Source: a virus (Duplodnaviria; Caudoviricetes). From it: DNA of 39,142 nt. The notes under the pieces are model-generated. The model saw only the letters and a program-made list of their open reading frames with translations, searched no databases and was not told the DNA's origin. The stretch is taken from the IMG/VR virus record IMGVR_UViG_3300031912_000037, positions 1-39,142 of that record. One strand, 5' to 3'. The translations under genes and the position numbers were made by a program. Position 1 is the first letter of the stretch, and each line of letters opens with the position of its first letter. Shown one piece after another: positions 1 through 11,409 of this stretch.

Positions 1-2
1 CT

Positions 3-119
3 CCGGAGCCGGTGCAGGACAACGACTTCGACACGCGCAACTTCAAGGCGGGCATCATCGAGCGGTACGCCTTCGGTTGGGATAACTGGAGAAGCGTGTA
101 CGGATCGAATGGTCCCTGA
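3..119 (+). CDS. Major capsid protein, C-terminal fragment (Mu gpT-like family), 5' truncated by the window edge
   Basis: Manual translation PEPVQDNDFDTRNFKAGIIERYAFGWDNWRSVYGSNGP*, resembling the DFDTxNxKxxxxERYxFGWxDWRxxYGSxG C-terminus of this capsid family; followed by virion genes. Confidence 0.85.
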   Translation, partial: PEPVQDNDFDTRNFKAGIIERYAFGWDNWRSVYGSNGP

Positions 120-132
120 CGTAAACACTACA

Positions 133-141
133 TGGTATAAT
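133..141 (+). promoter_or_regulatory. Extended -10 promoter (TGnTATAAT) upstream of the endonuclease gene
   Basis: TGGTATAAT at 133-141; no -35 at canonical spacing. Confidence 0.55.
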
Positions 142-169
142 CCAGCCTCCACTCATCATGGGGGCTGGA
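141..169 (+). promoter_or_regulatory. RNA hairpin covering the translation initiation region of the endonuclease
   Basis: TCCAGCCTCCA (141-151) pairs with TGGGGGCTGGA (159-169), 11 bp with one G-U, 7-nt loop; ATG at 171. Confidence 0.7.
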
Positions 170-170
170 A

Positions 171-857
171 ATGCCAAGACGAACCTATCGCAAGTGTTCG
201 ATTGAGACTTGCCAAAACAATGTTGTTGCGAAGGATCTATGTGACCTGCACTACCGCAGATTGCTTCATCACGGAGATGTAGAACAAGGGCGTCCAACTG
301 ATTGGGGTAAGAGAGATCTTCATCCTCTCTATAATCACTGGACTTGGATACGGAGAAGCAATAAACGAATTGATTCACGCTGGGATGATTTCTGGACTTT
401 CGTTAAAGATGTTGGAGATCGGCCATCTTCCATCCATCGGATTGGCCGTGTTGACGAGTCTCGTCCTTATGGACCTGATAATTTTCTCTGGCGTGAAAAA
501 AAGTTCCTTCAACGAAGGAACGAAACCAAGAAGGATTATCAGCGCCGTTACATGCAGAATTATCGGCAGACGAGTCCTGATAAAGTACGAGACGCAGAAC
601 TTCGTAAGCGTTACGGAATTGGGGTTGAGAAATACGATGCAATGGTTTCGGAACAGAACGGTCTTTGTGCGATTTGTATGAGAGCAGAAACATCAACGAA
701 TCCTCGCACTGGTAAGCCGAGAGCTCTTGCTGTCGATCATTGTCATCGTTCTGGTCACGTTCGGAAGCTGTTGTGTCAAAACTGCAACCAAGGTTTAGGT
801 AACTTTCGAGATGATCCTTCACTGCTTCGTGCAGCTGCGGATTACCTCGAGGGGTGA
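171..857 (+). CDS. Free-standing homing-type endonuclease with C-terminal endonuclease VII domain
   Basis: C-terminal CAIC...LAVDHCHRSGHVRKLLCQNCNQGLGNFRDD motif; N-terminal CSxxxC...LCxxHY zinc finger; visibly more AT-rich than flanking genes. Confidence 0.85.
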   Translation: MPRRTYRKCSIETCQNNVVAKDLCDLHYRRLLHHGDVEQGRPTDWGKRDLHPLYNHWTWIRRSNKRIDSRWDDFWTFVKDVGDRPSSIHRIGRVDESRPYGPDNFLWREKKFLQRRNETKKDYQRRYMQNYRQTSPDKVRDAELRKRYGIGVEKYDAMVSEQNGLCAICMRAETSTNPRTGKPRALAVDHCHRSGHVRKLLCQNCNQGLGNFRDDPSLLRAAADYLEG

Positions 858-874
858 AAACGGAAGGAGGTATC

Positions 875-961
875 GTGAACAAGAAAACGCGCAAGGGACC
901 GAATTTTCCTCCCATGAATCCTGGTGGTGGGAAGAAGAAGTCTCGCAAGAAAGGGTACTGA
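875..961 (+). CDS. 28-aa basic peptide (not in ORF track)
   Basis: GTG start after AAGGAGG; MNKKTRKGPNFPPMNPGGGKKKSRKKGY*. Confidence 0.55.
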   Translation: MNKKTRKGPNFPPMNPGGGKKKSRKKGY

Positions 962-983
962 TCGCACGTTAACTCCTTGGAGA

Positions 984-1009
984 GCGCGACCCTCGAGAGG
1001 GGGCCGCGC
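984..1009 (+). other. GC-rich hairpin with GAGA tetraloop, no U-tract
   Basis: GCGCG-A-CCCTC-GAGA-GGGGG-C-CGCGC in the intergenic gap. Confidence 0.45.
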
Positions 1010-1038
1010 CTTCATTGGCGCTCGAAAAGGAGAGCTTC

Positions 1039-1815
1039 ATGTCGACGCAAACACCGACCCGATTCCCAGTCGGGGTGACCACGGCAACGCCGGGGTCCGT
1101 ACTTGGCAATCTTCGTATTCCGTCGCCGCTTCCGGTGTACGGGTACTTCACCGATTTCGAAAACTATGATGCGAACGACTGGACGGTCACTTCGACCAAC
1201 TCAGGCACGTCCGCGTTGTCGGATGGTGAGGGCGGATTTCTCACGCAGACCACGGGTGGAACGAGCACCAACTATCAGGCGAACGAGCTCGTTGCGAAAT
1301 CGTTCTATTTCAAGACGGGTTTCCAGAAGTGGTTCACCTACTCGTTCAAACTGAGCGATACGGCCCACACGCTGATGCTCGCTGGTTTGGTGGACACGCT
1401 CTCGGGTCCAATGACTCCATCGAAGGGCGTCTACTTCAGTAAGACCGATGCTTCGACCACTCTCAACCTGATCCTCAAGGGCGCGGGGACCAGCACTCTT
1501 GCGGTTGGAACCATAGCAGCGAACGTGCAGTATTCGGTGGGCTTCTACTACGATGCGAGATCGACGCCGACGCTTTACGTATTCTCGAGCATCGGACAAA
1601 CGCTGCCGATCATGTGGGAGGGGGCGTCCCAGGTCTACGGTGGTCTGGTGGCGACGTCAGCCAGTGCTAACGCTCCGAGTGGGATCGACCTTACGAATCT
1701 TCCGACGTCCACGGATGGTCTGCGTCTCGGGTTCGGCATTACCACAGGCGCGAATGCTGCTCACACGAACATCGTCGACTACATCGGCGCGTGGTCTGAG
1801 GCGAGCCGCTTCTGA
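1039..1815 (+). CDS. Putative virion structural protein (head decoration / minor capsid)
   Basis: RBS AAGGAG before ATG 1039; N-terminal PTRFPxGVT motif; beta-rich; directly after capsid gene. Confidence 0.55.
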   Translation: MSTQTPTRFPVGVTTATPGSVLGNLRIPSPLPVYGYFTDFENYDANDWTVTSTNSGTSALSDGEGGFLTQTTGGTSTNYQANELVAKSFYFKTGFQKWFTYSFKLSDTAHTLMLAGLVDTLSGPMTPSKGVYFSKTDASTTLNLILKGAGTSTLAVGTIAANVQYSVGFYYDARSTPTLYVFSSIGQTLPIMWEGASQVYGGLVATSASANAPSGIDLTNLPTSTDGLRLGFGITTGANAAHTNIVDYIGAWSEASRF

Positions 1816-2198
1816 TGACCAGTCCGGTCGAGATTGATGTCGAAAACGATGGTGCTCGCAACACCATCCTGAACATCAACATCGCGCTCGACCGGAAGTC
1901 CATGGAGCCCATGGTCATCATGGATGTACCCAAGGCGGTCGACAGCTACTACCATCCAACGAAGTATCGCATCGACCACATCAACTACGTCCTGCACAGA
2001 GATTTAAGCGTTGATCTGTGGTGGGAGGATGATCCGCCGAAACTGATCCGACATCTTGAAGGGCGCGGGATGATGGATCGACATCTGCACAATACGGCGG
2101 GCGATACGAAAACGGGGCGGGTTCTCATGACGGCTTCTGGTTGGAAAGAGGGAAAGCCGTTGCTTGGTTCCATCACGATCGAAGCGGTCAAGCAATAA
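1815..2198 (+). CDS. Hypothetical virion-region protein
   Basis: TGATG-coupled ORF, 127 aa. Confidence 0.6.
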   Translation: MTSPVEIDVENDGARNTILNINIALDRKSMEPMVIMDVPKAVDSYYHPTKYRIDHINYVLHRDLSVDLWWEDDPPKLIRHLEGRGMMDRHLHNTAGDTKTGRVLMTASGWKEGKPLLGSITIEAVKQ

Positions 2199-2207
2199 GG
2201 AGTAGTC

Positions 2208-2741
2208 ATGCGCTTTACTACAACTCCTCTGGGAGCCACAGGTCCGGGTGATTGGCAAGTGATCGACACGGAGCAAACCGCGTTCGGCGTTGGGTACTTC
2301 GTCGCGGTTCAGCAAGGATCGACGCTCACCTTCAAGATCGAGCATGGATGGAGTGTTCTTCCAACAGACGAGCAGCAGTACAGTTCGATCACGCGATCGA
2401 CGACGACGGCCACGCTCAAGGTGCCCAGCGCGCTCACGGTGAAGGTTGCAGATTCGATCATCGTGAAGGGCGCGGGCGCTCCGTTCGATGGGACGTTCCA
2501 GGTAGCAAGCGTGACCAACCAGAACACGATCACGTATACGGTTGCGAACTCTGGCGCGACAACGGCGATTACGGGAGGTTTCGTGCGGTTGATTCGAACG
2601 ATCGACGATCCCGTGGTGGTCAGCAAGAGCTCAAGCACGGAGGGCAACCTTGCGTTCCCGTGCTCTCACATTCGTCTGAACCTGACGGCGTGGAGCGCGG
2701 GAGCAGCTGTACTGACGTTGCTGCAACCATCGGGTAACTGA
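2208..2741 (+). CDS. Putative structural protein, Thr-rich beta domain
   Basis: RBS TAAGGAG; [10 protein letters not shown]...[11 protein letters not shown]...TITYTV segment typical of phage structural beta-domains. Confidence 0.55.
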   Translation: MRFTTTPLGATGPGDWQVIDTEQTAFGVGYFVAVQQGSTLTFKIEHGWSVLPTDEQQYSSITRSTTTATLKVPSALTVKVADSIIVKGAGAPFDGTFQVASVTNQNTITYTVANSGATTAITGGFVRLIRTIDDPVVVSKSSSTEGNLAFPCSHIRLNLTAWSAGAAVLTLLQPSGN

Positions 2742-3130
2742 TGGGGTTTTTCTTCACCGTCATGGGGATCGTCGCGGTCCCAGATGGTGCTCCTGGATTG
2801 CCTGGTGCAACAGGCGCAACGGGCGGAGACACAGGCACGGGCGGTACAGGAACGACGGGCGCGACGGGAGCAACAGGATCGACCGGAGGGGTGAACACAG
2901 GGCCTACCGGAGCCCTTGGCGGAACCGGCGGAACCGGCGGAACCGGAGCAACGGGTGACACAGGGCAGTCAGGTCGATCGAGTCAGGCGGTTGGATTCAC
3001 AGGGGCAACAGGAGCAAATGCAACGGGCACGGGTGGTACAGGCGGGACTGGAAATACGGGGAATACTGGAGCGACAGGACCAACGGGCGCAACAGGCGCA
3101 GATGGCGCAACCGGACCAACGGGACCATAG
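2741..3130 (+). CDS. Collagen-like G-X-T repeat protein 1
   Basis: Short hydrophobic N-terminus then [12 protein letters not shown] triplets; TGATG-coupled. Confidence 0.8.
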   Translation: MGFFFTVMGIVAVPDGAPGLPGATGATGGDTGTGGTGTTGATGATGSTGGVNTGPTGALGGTGGTGGTGATGDTGQSGRSSQAVGFTGATGANATGTGGTGGTGNTGNTGATGPTGATGADGATGPTGP

Positions 3131-5230
<2,100 letters not shown>

Positions 5231-5231
5231 C

Positions 5232-5960
5232 GTGAGTGGAACTTGGACAAGCTCCGAGTTTACGGCTGTTGGAGCTTTCACTTTCAATGTTCCGTCTGGA
5301 GTTGGCACGGTTCTGGTTACGATGATCGGAGGAGGAGGCGGTGGTGGGTGCGGAGATACAGCAGGAGCGACCTTAGTTGGTGGAGGAGGCGGAGGGTCCG
5401 GTGAGTATTGCCAGCAAATTCCGTACAAGGTTACGCCTGGAGGAACCGTTTCTGGAAGTGTTGGAATGGGTGGTACTGGTGGTGCAACGGGAGGACCTAA
5501 TTTTATTGGTGGTACCGGTGATGACACGACGTTCGGAGTGTTGCATTGTTTTGGTGGCAGGGGTGGCGCAGGACAAATAAGTAATACGAATGGTGGCGGG
5601 GCTGGCGGTGGAGTCGGAGGTGCTCCTGGTGGTGCAGCGCCTGGTACTTATGCGGTAGAACAGATGTGCCATAAAAGTGGATTCGTTGGTGGTAGTGGGG
5701 GAGGAAGTGGCAGTCTCAGCCCCACAACCGGAGGGAATGGAATAAATTTTAATGGTGGACCTGCTGGTAGTCGATCTGGTGGCGGTGGTGCATCCCCATG
5801 GGGAAGTGGTGGCGCAGGGGGAACCGCTGCGGGCGTGAATGGATCGACTGGACAAGGATATGGTGCGGGCGGTGGTGGAGGTGCAAGAGCGGTCGGTAAT
5901 CCTGCGGCCAATGGAGGGCCTGGTGCAGACGGATACGTTCTGGTGACATATCAAGTATGA
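5232..5960 (+). CDS. Glycine-rich domain protein (tail/fibre associated)
   Basis: FTAVGAFTFNVPSGV...VTMIGGGGGGG...GADGYVLVTY; paralogous to neighbours. Confidence 0.75.
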   Translation: MSGTWTSSEFTAVGAFTFNVPSGVGTVLVTMIGGGGGGGCGDTAGATLVGGGGGGSGEYCQQIPYKVTPGGTVSGSVGMGGTGGATGGPNFIGGTGDDTTFGVLHCFGGRGGAGQISNTNGGGAGGGVGGAPGGAAPGTYAVEQMCHKSGFVGGSGGGSGSLSPTTGGNGINFNGGPAGSRSGGGGASPWGSGGAGGTAAGVNGSTGQGYGAGGGGGARAVGNPAANGGPGADGYVLVTYQV

Positions 5961-6253
5961 GCTCTGGACAATACGATTACTACGAAGAGGGAGCATGGAA
6001 TTTCCGGTGCCAAGAATGTTTCCGCAAGCGGAAGTCCAGCATGGCTCTGTTCCGCTGGGACAACTACTGGGTGTGCGAACAGTGCTGGGAGATTCGCAAT
6101 CCACAGGACTACATCAAGCCGATTCCTGACAATCCATCGGTGCCATGGTCGACCGGGGATCCTCCTCCCATTTTCATTGACGGATCACAAACTACAACCG
6201 GCGATTCGATGTTGCTGGACGCATGGTTGTTGAACGGACAATTCTTAGGGTAG
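5957..6253 (+). CDS. Small Cys-motif protein of the head-tail region
   Basis: CQEC...VCEQCWExRNPQD motif; ATGA overlap. Confidence 0.7.
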   Translation: MSSGQYDYYEEGAWNFRCQECFRKRKSSMALFRWDNYWVCEQCWEIRNPQDYIKPIPDNPSVPWSTGDPPPIFIDGSQTTTGDSMLLDAWLLNGQFLG

Positions 6254-6256
6254 ACG

Positions 6257-7492
6257 ATGGCTAATTGCCCGCAGTTCATCAACTTCTACTTCGCGGAGAT
6301 CGTTGCTGCGGTCAATCCGGGGGACACGACGATCACGGTCGCGGGAGTGTCCTATCTTCCGACGTTGGTGACAGGCGGAAATTTCATCTACCTGAACCTG
6401 ATCGACCAGAATTCGTTCACAAATAATGTCATCCCGCCAGCAACGTATGAGATTGTCAAGTGCACAGCGATCTCTGGACCAGACGTCAATGGCAATTACA
6501 CGCTGACGGTTGTTCGTGGACAAGATCACACTTCACCTCAGAATTTCTCCGACTGCGACTATGCAGCGTTTCGACTTAACGCGCAGTCTCTCTACGATCT
6601 CGAGGCGTGTGCGACCGGGGGTGGTGGTGGAGGAACGGGAGCAACAGGGGCCACTGGAGCGACGGCAGGAACCGGAGCAACGGGACCCACGGGAGCGACT
6701 GGGGCCACTGGGGCCACGGGTGCTGGCGGTACAGGTGCTACGGGTCCCGGTGGTTTCCTTCAGTCGCAGGAATTCACGGCAAGCGGTACGTTTACTGTTC
6801 CTGCGAACGTAAGTGGTTTGTGGCTGACGATGATTGGAGGAGGTGCTGGAGGATCAACGCAAACTGCTAACAAGGGTGGCGGCGGAGGCGGCGCGGGCGA
6901 GCTCGCGCAGAGCATTCCGATCGCTGTGACGCCTTTGGCGTCATGTGCGGTAACAATCGGTGCTGGTGGTCTCGGAGCTCCAGGTGGTGGTTCATCAACA
7001 GCGGGAAGTACCGGTGGTACAACTTCATTTGTTGGGAATCAAACGTGGAGTGTTCTTGGTGGGTTGGGTGGAACTAGTGGTGGTAATGGTGGCGCAGGTG
7101 GAGGTTATAACGGAGGTACCGGAGGAAGCTCAAGTGCTCCAGGTGGAGTTGGAAACTTTGGTGCTATGGAATCTCCTACGGTAATGGGTGGGGGAGGCGG
7201 TGGTGGAGGTGCCTCGACTGCTGCTGGGGCTGGTGGCGCAGGATCTGCTGCTGGTGGCCGGTTTGTTGGAGGTGCTGGTGGTTCTTCATCATCTTCTCAG
7301 GGAGGTGGAGGAGGAGGAGCGGCAAGCGTGTATGGAGTTGGAGGGACAGGCGGCAACGGTGGATCTAATGGTTCCGACGCTGCGACTACTTCCTATGGCG
7401 CAGGAGGTGGTGGATCTGGAGGATTGACCGGAAGCGCGGGCAATGGCGGCACTGGATGCGCTGGGTACGTCATGGTGCAGTGGGTTGCCTGA
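6257..7492 (+). CDS. Fibre-like protein: N-terminal anchor, G-X-T linker, glycine-rich domain
   Basis: EIVKCTA...LTVVRGQDxT N-terminal motif common in fibre proteins; GAT repeats; glycine-rich C-domain. Confidence 0.75.
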   Translation: MANCPQFINFYFAEIVAAVNPGDTTITVAGVSYLPTLVTGGNFIYLNLIDQNSFTNNVIPPATYEIVKCTAISGPDVNGNYTLTVVRGQDHTSPQNFSDCDYAAFRLNAQSLYDLEACATGGGGGGTGATGATGATAGTGATGPTGATGATGATGAGGTGATGPGGFLQSQEFTASGTFTVPANVSGLWLTMIGGGAGGSTQTANKGGGGGGAGELAQSIPIAVTPLASCAVTIGAGGLGAPGGGSSTAGSTGGTTSFVGNQTWSVLGGLGGTSGGNGGAGGGYNGGTGGSSSAPGGVGNFGAMESPTVMGGGGGGGGASTAAGAGGAGSAAGGRFVGGAGGSSSSSQGGGGGGAASVYGVGGTGGNGGSNGSDAATTSYGAGGGGSGGLTGSAGNGGTGCAGYVMVQWVA

Positions 7493-8283
7493 TGCCGATG
7501 AAGAGTCAGGAGTTTTTCAATAGCGGAACATTCAATGTTCCAGGTGGGGTGTCTTGTCTTTCTGTCACCATGATTGGTGGAGGAGCAGGTGCTGGTACAG
7601 CATCAGGAGGATTTACTAGTAGTGGTGGAGGTGGTGGTGGCTGTGGAGAAGTTGTGCAGAAATTCAGTTTATTCGTTAATCCAGGACAAGCTATACCAGT
7701 TGTGATTGGTAGCGGTGGAGCCGGATCTAGTTCTCAATTTTCCAATGGAAGTGATGGAGTTGCCACTTCGTTCGGTAGTTTTCTTACTTGTCAGGGTGGA
7801 TACGGCGGTAGTAGTGGTGGGGCTTCTCCAGCAGCTAAAGGTGGATCTCGTCCTTCTACTGGAACAGTGGCATCCCAAGGTGGTTGGGGCGGCGGCGGTG
7901 ATTCGAGACACGGAGGAGAAGGAGGTGAACAAGGATCTGGTCCTGGCGGCCAAGTGCCACCGTCAGTAGGACCTCAATCATCGGTGACTCACTTTTGTTC
8001 TGGTGGTGGAGGGGGTGGTGCAAATAACTCTTCTCCGACAAATGTAACCAATGGTGCTGGAGCTCCAGGATTAGGGTCGGCGTCCTCAGGAACAACGGGC
8101 GGTCCCGGAGCGAGCGGAGCGAGTTCACTTTATGGATTGGGTGGTGCTGGATCGAATAGTGGTGTTGGTGGTCTGAGTGCACCATCGACAAGTTATGGTG
8201 CTGGAGGTGGAGGTGCGGGAAATCATGGAAATCCCGGAGGTAATGGGACGAAGGGATATGTTCTAGTTCAGTGGATGGGATGA
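7492..8283 (+). CDS. Glycine-rich domain protein
   Basis: TGATG start; SQEFFNSGTFNVPGGV...MIGGGAGAG...GYVLVQW. Confidence 0.75.
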   Translation: MPMKSQEFFNSGTFNVPGGVSCLSVTMIGGGAGAGTASGGFTSSGGGGGGCGEVVQKFSLFVNPGQAIPVVIGSGGAGSSSQFSNGSDGVATSFGSFLTCQGGYGGSSGGASPAAKGGSRPSTGTVASQGGWGGGGDSRHGGEGGEQGSGPGGQVPPSVGPQSSVTHFCSGGGGGGANNSSPTNVTNGAGAPGLGSASSGTTGGPGASGASSLYGLGGAGSNSGVGGLSAPSTSYGAGGGGAGNHGNPGGNGTKGYVLVQWMG

Positions 8284-8287
8284 GAAA

Positions 8288-9076
8288 ATGGCGACCACAT
8301 CTGGCCTGATCAACACCGTAACGTACACGGCTCTTCAGCTGATCACGGATGCGCTTGAGGACCTTCGCGTTCTTCCCGATGGTGGTACTCCCACGGCTGG
8401 AGACATCACGAAGGGCCTTCGCAAACTGAACATGCTGATCAAGAAGTGGGGCGCGATCACTGGCATGGAGCTCTGGCTACGCGATCTCATTCAGGTTCCG
8501 GAGGTGGCGAACAAGTTCCGCTACACGATCGGACCGACGGGCGACGTCGTGACGTACCGTCCGCTTCGTATTCTCCCCGGGGGATACATCCGTCAGGTTT
8601 GTGGCGACAATCCTGCGAGCGATGTACCACTGAATCTTCTCTCACGCATCGAGTATTTGCAGATGTCTCAGAAGTCGGCGACGGGGATCACGAATTCGTA
8701 CTACTACGATCCGCAGATGGCTCCCAGCCCATTCAGCGCGTATGACCCAGCGAATTCGAATGGCGTGCTCTACGTGTGGACCGCCCCAGTCGATTCGACC
8801 AGGGCCATCTTTCTGGACTGCCATCGTCCCATGCAGGACATCACGGTAGAAACTCAGGCGCTCGACATTCCGATTGAGTGGTATGAGACCGTATCCATGG
8901 GGTTGAAGGCGGCAATGGCTGACGCCTACGAAATTCCGGAGCAACGCATCACTCGAGTCAAGAACGAGGCGCGTGAGTCAGTGAAGGAGCTCTCCGACTG
9001 GGGTGCGCAGGAACAGGCTCCGATGTCGTTCCAACCCGATTGGCGATGGTCCGCCGTGAGGCGCGGGCGCTACTGA
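8288..9076 (+). CDS. Head-tail adaptor (P22 gp4 / T7 gp11-like)
   Basis: LITDALEDLRVL...GLRKLNMLIKKW...LYVWTAP...DIPIEWYETV pattern; lies before gp10-like hub. Confidence 0.7.
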   Translation: MATTSGLINTVTYTALQLITDALEDLRVLPDGGTPTAGDITKGLRKLNMLIKKWGAITGMELWLRDLIQVPEVANKFRYTIGPTGDVVTYRPLRILPGGYIRQVCGDNPASDVPLNLLSRIEYLQMSQKSATGITNSYYYDPQMAPSPFSAYDPANSNGVLYVWTAPVDSTRAIFLDCHRPMQDITVETQALDIPIEWYETVSMGLKAAMADAYEIPEQRITRVKNEARESVKELSDWGAQEQAPMSFQPDWRWSAVRRGRY

Positions 9077-11409
9077 TGCCCAAGATTCGTTACCCGCTGG
9101 CTGAAGCAATCATGTCTCGTGATGGAATCATGGTTGAGAAGGATTGCTACATCCAGAATGGATACATGGACAAGTACAATGAGAAGACCTACATCCTGAG
9201 ACGGCCTGGTGCGGTCAACATCGAAGATTTCGGCGTGGCGGCCGATCCTCAGGGAGCATTCTGGTACAACGGTTTTCTGTACGCCATCTACAACGACATT
9301 CTATATACCAGTGGAGGTGGCGCAAACTCAGGATCGAGCGGGCTCACATGGACGCAAGCGCCCACGCCAGCATGGTACGGGCGCTCGTTTTTCACGGCCA
9401 CTGTTTTCCAGAATCGTGTCTACGTGATTGGCGGTGAGGCTCCGGTCCAGTACGCCGACATCAACTACAGTCAGGACGGTTTCGTTTGGTCGCAAAACGC
9501 TTCTGCTGCTCCGTTCGGACACAGGCAAGGACATCAGGTAGTGGTGTTCAACAACCAGATGTTCCTGATTGGTGGACTCGAGAATGACCTAACCACGACG
9601 GCGCTGAAGAACGATGTCTGGTCGACCAGCGACGGCGCAACGTGGACGCAGTTGACTGCTGCGGCTCCGTGGACGGCTCGCGATAATCACACGTGCGTTG
9701 CTGCGAATAACGGTATCTATCTGTACGGAGGAGATACTGGAGGCGGGACTGGTAACGATGACGTATGGTTCACGGTAGATGGGATCACTTGGACGCAGTT
9801 GACGACGGCGGCGACCGGAACGGGTCGATTCCTTCAGACGATGATGTTCTTCCACAACAAATTGTTCATCATCGGCGGTATAGATAGCACGAACACGGCG
9901 CTCAACGACGTGAGTTCATCGCCTGATGGTCAGACGTGGACTGTCACAGCACCCATCTTCGCTGCTGGTCGCTACGGAATGGCGTCGACCGTCTACAACA
10001 ACAAGATGTGGCTGATCAGCGGTAGCGTTAGCGGCGGTGGTATTGATTCCAACGTGTACTCGTCGTCGGACGGAATTACTTGGGCGTTGGTGACAGCCGC
10101 TCCTGGGTTCGGAGCGAGAGGTGGCGCAGCTGCGGTCACATTCCAGACTCCGAGTTCGGTTAGCACGTATCGTTATCCGTCCATGTGGTTGCTGGGAGGC
10201 AACAACGGCGCAGAGATACAGGAGGTGTGGTATGGAAATCTCGACTCCGTGCTTGCTGCGACCTATGCGCTCAGTCCAGACGTGTCTGGTCAACGCTATC
10301 AGTTCAACACGTTCCTGAATGGGCAACAGTTGCTCATCAAGAATGAGTCTAACTTCTGGGTCTTGCAAAGCGGTACGTTAACCAAGGTGGTTGACACAAA
10401 CTATCCCACGGAGACCGTTCCTGGGATCGTGGTGCTGAATCTGTTCGCATACGTGTGCACTCCGCAGGGAGAGCTACACGCATGCGCGATAGAGAACCCG
10501 CTGCTGTGGCCGAGCTTGCAGTTCACGACTGCGGACTACGAGGATGATCCTGCGGTTGCGATAGAGAAGTACCTGAATTATCTAGTGGTGTTCGGAACGT
10601 ACACGACCCAGTTCTACTACGATGCGGGAAATCCTGCTCCTGGAATTCCGCTCGCGTCGTATCAGAGTGGCAGCGTGCTCATCGGTTGCGCTCATGCAGG
10701 AACGATTGCGATTCTGAACGACACGCTTATCTGGGTTGGTCAGAGCAAGTTCAAGCACATCGGCGTCTACATGATGAACGGTCTGTCACCCCAGCAGATC
10801 AGTACCACGTGGGTTGACTACATCATCAAGCAATACGTGAACGATGAAACGACGTCGATGATCTTCTCTGCGGGCGGACACACGTTCTACACCCTGGCGA
10901 ACCGGTTTGCGACGTACATCCCTGTGTACGATGCGTCGACGAAACAGTGGCAACCATGGAACAGCAATGTTCCGTCCAGTCCTGCGCCGTGGCCGTATTC
11001 GTATTCTGTGGCTGATCTCGGAAACTTTGGTTCGACCTATTTCTTTGGTTCTGGTCAGTTTGGTGGAAAGGTTTACATCATCAGCCCCGCCCTGAACGAT
11101 GACGATGGGACGCCATACACGGTACAGGTGCAGACCGATAAGGTAGACAACGGGAACCTGTCGTTCAAGTTCTGGGGCCAGGCGAATCTAGTGGCGGACG
11201 TCAATCCTGGTGCGATCTCTACGCTTGAGTACACGGACGACGACTACAACACATATCGCACGTGGGGCACGTTCGATGAGTCACGCATACAGCCTTACAT
11301 CAATCGTGGGGGTTCAGCCAGGCGCAGAGCGTTCCGGCTCTCGCGCACGGACTCGAATCCGCTGCGCTGGGAGTGCCTGGAGTTTGACGTTTCGCAGGGC
11401 GAGAGTTGA
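9076..11409 (+). CDS. Tail hub / packaged-DNA stabilisation protein (P22 gp10-like) with inserted Kelch-like repeats
   Basis: RRPG near N-terminus; LVVFGxYTTQFYYDAG, GCA..GTI, C-terminal RGGSARRRAFRL motifs; repeats NDVWSTSDGxTWTQLT at about 9330-10240. Confidence 0.75.
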   Translation: MPKIRYPLAEAIMSRDGIMVEKDCYIQNGYMDKYNEKTYILRRPGAVNIEDFGVAADPQGAFWYNGFLYAIYNDILYTSGGGANSGSSGLTWTQAPTPAWYGRSFFTATVFQNRVYVIGGEAPVQYADINYSQDGFVWSQNASAAPFGHRQGHQVVVFNNQMFLIGGLENDLTTTALKNDVWSTSDGATWTQLTAAAPWTARDNHTCVAANNGIYLYGGDTGGGTGNDDVWFTVDGITWTQLTTAATGTGRFLQTMMFFHNKLFIIGGIDSTNTALNDVSSSPDGQTWTVTAPIFAAGRYGMASTVYNNKMWLISGSVSGGGIDSNVYSSSDGITWALVTAAPGFGARGGAAAVTFQTPSSVSTYRYPSMWLLGGNNGAEIQEVWYGNLDSVLAATYALSPDVSGQRYQFNTFLNGQQLLIKNESNFWVLQSGTLTKVVDTNYPTETVPGIVVLNLFAYVCTPQGELHACAIENPLLWPSLQFTTADYEDDPAVAIEKYLNYLVVFGTYTTQFYYDAGNPAPGIPLASYQSGSVLIGCAHAGTIAILNDTLIWVGQSKFKHIGVYMMNGLSPQQISTTWVDYIIKQYVNDETTSMIFSAGGHTFYTLANRFATYIPVYDASTKQWQPWNSNVPSSPAPWPYSYSVADLGNFGSTYFFGSGQFGGKVYIISPALNDDDGTPYTVQVQTDKVDNGNLSFKFWGQANLVADVNPGAISTLEYTDDDYNTYRTWGTFDESRIQPYINRGGSARRRAFRLSRTDSNPLRWECLEFDVSQGES

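Noticed and set aside
120-1038. Group I intron carrying the endonuclease within the capsid gene
   Set aside because: The capsid gene ends with its typical C-terminal motif and stop before the endonuclease; no intron core elements recognised and little non-coding space
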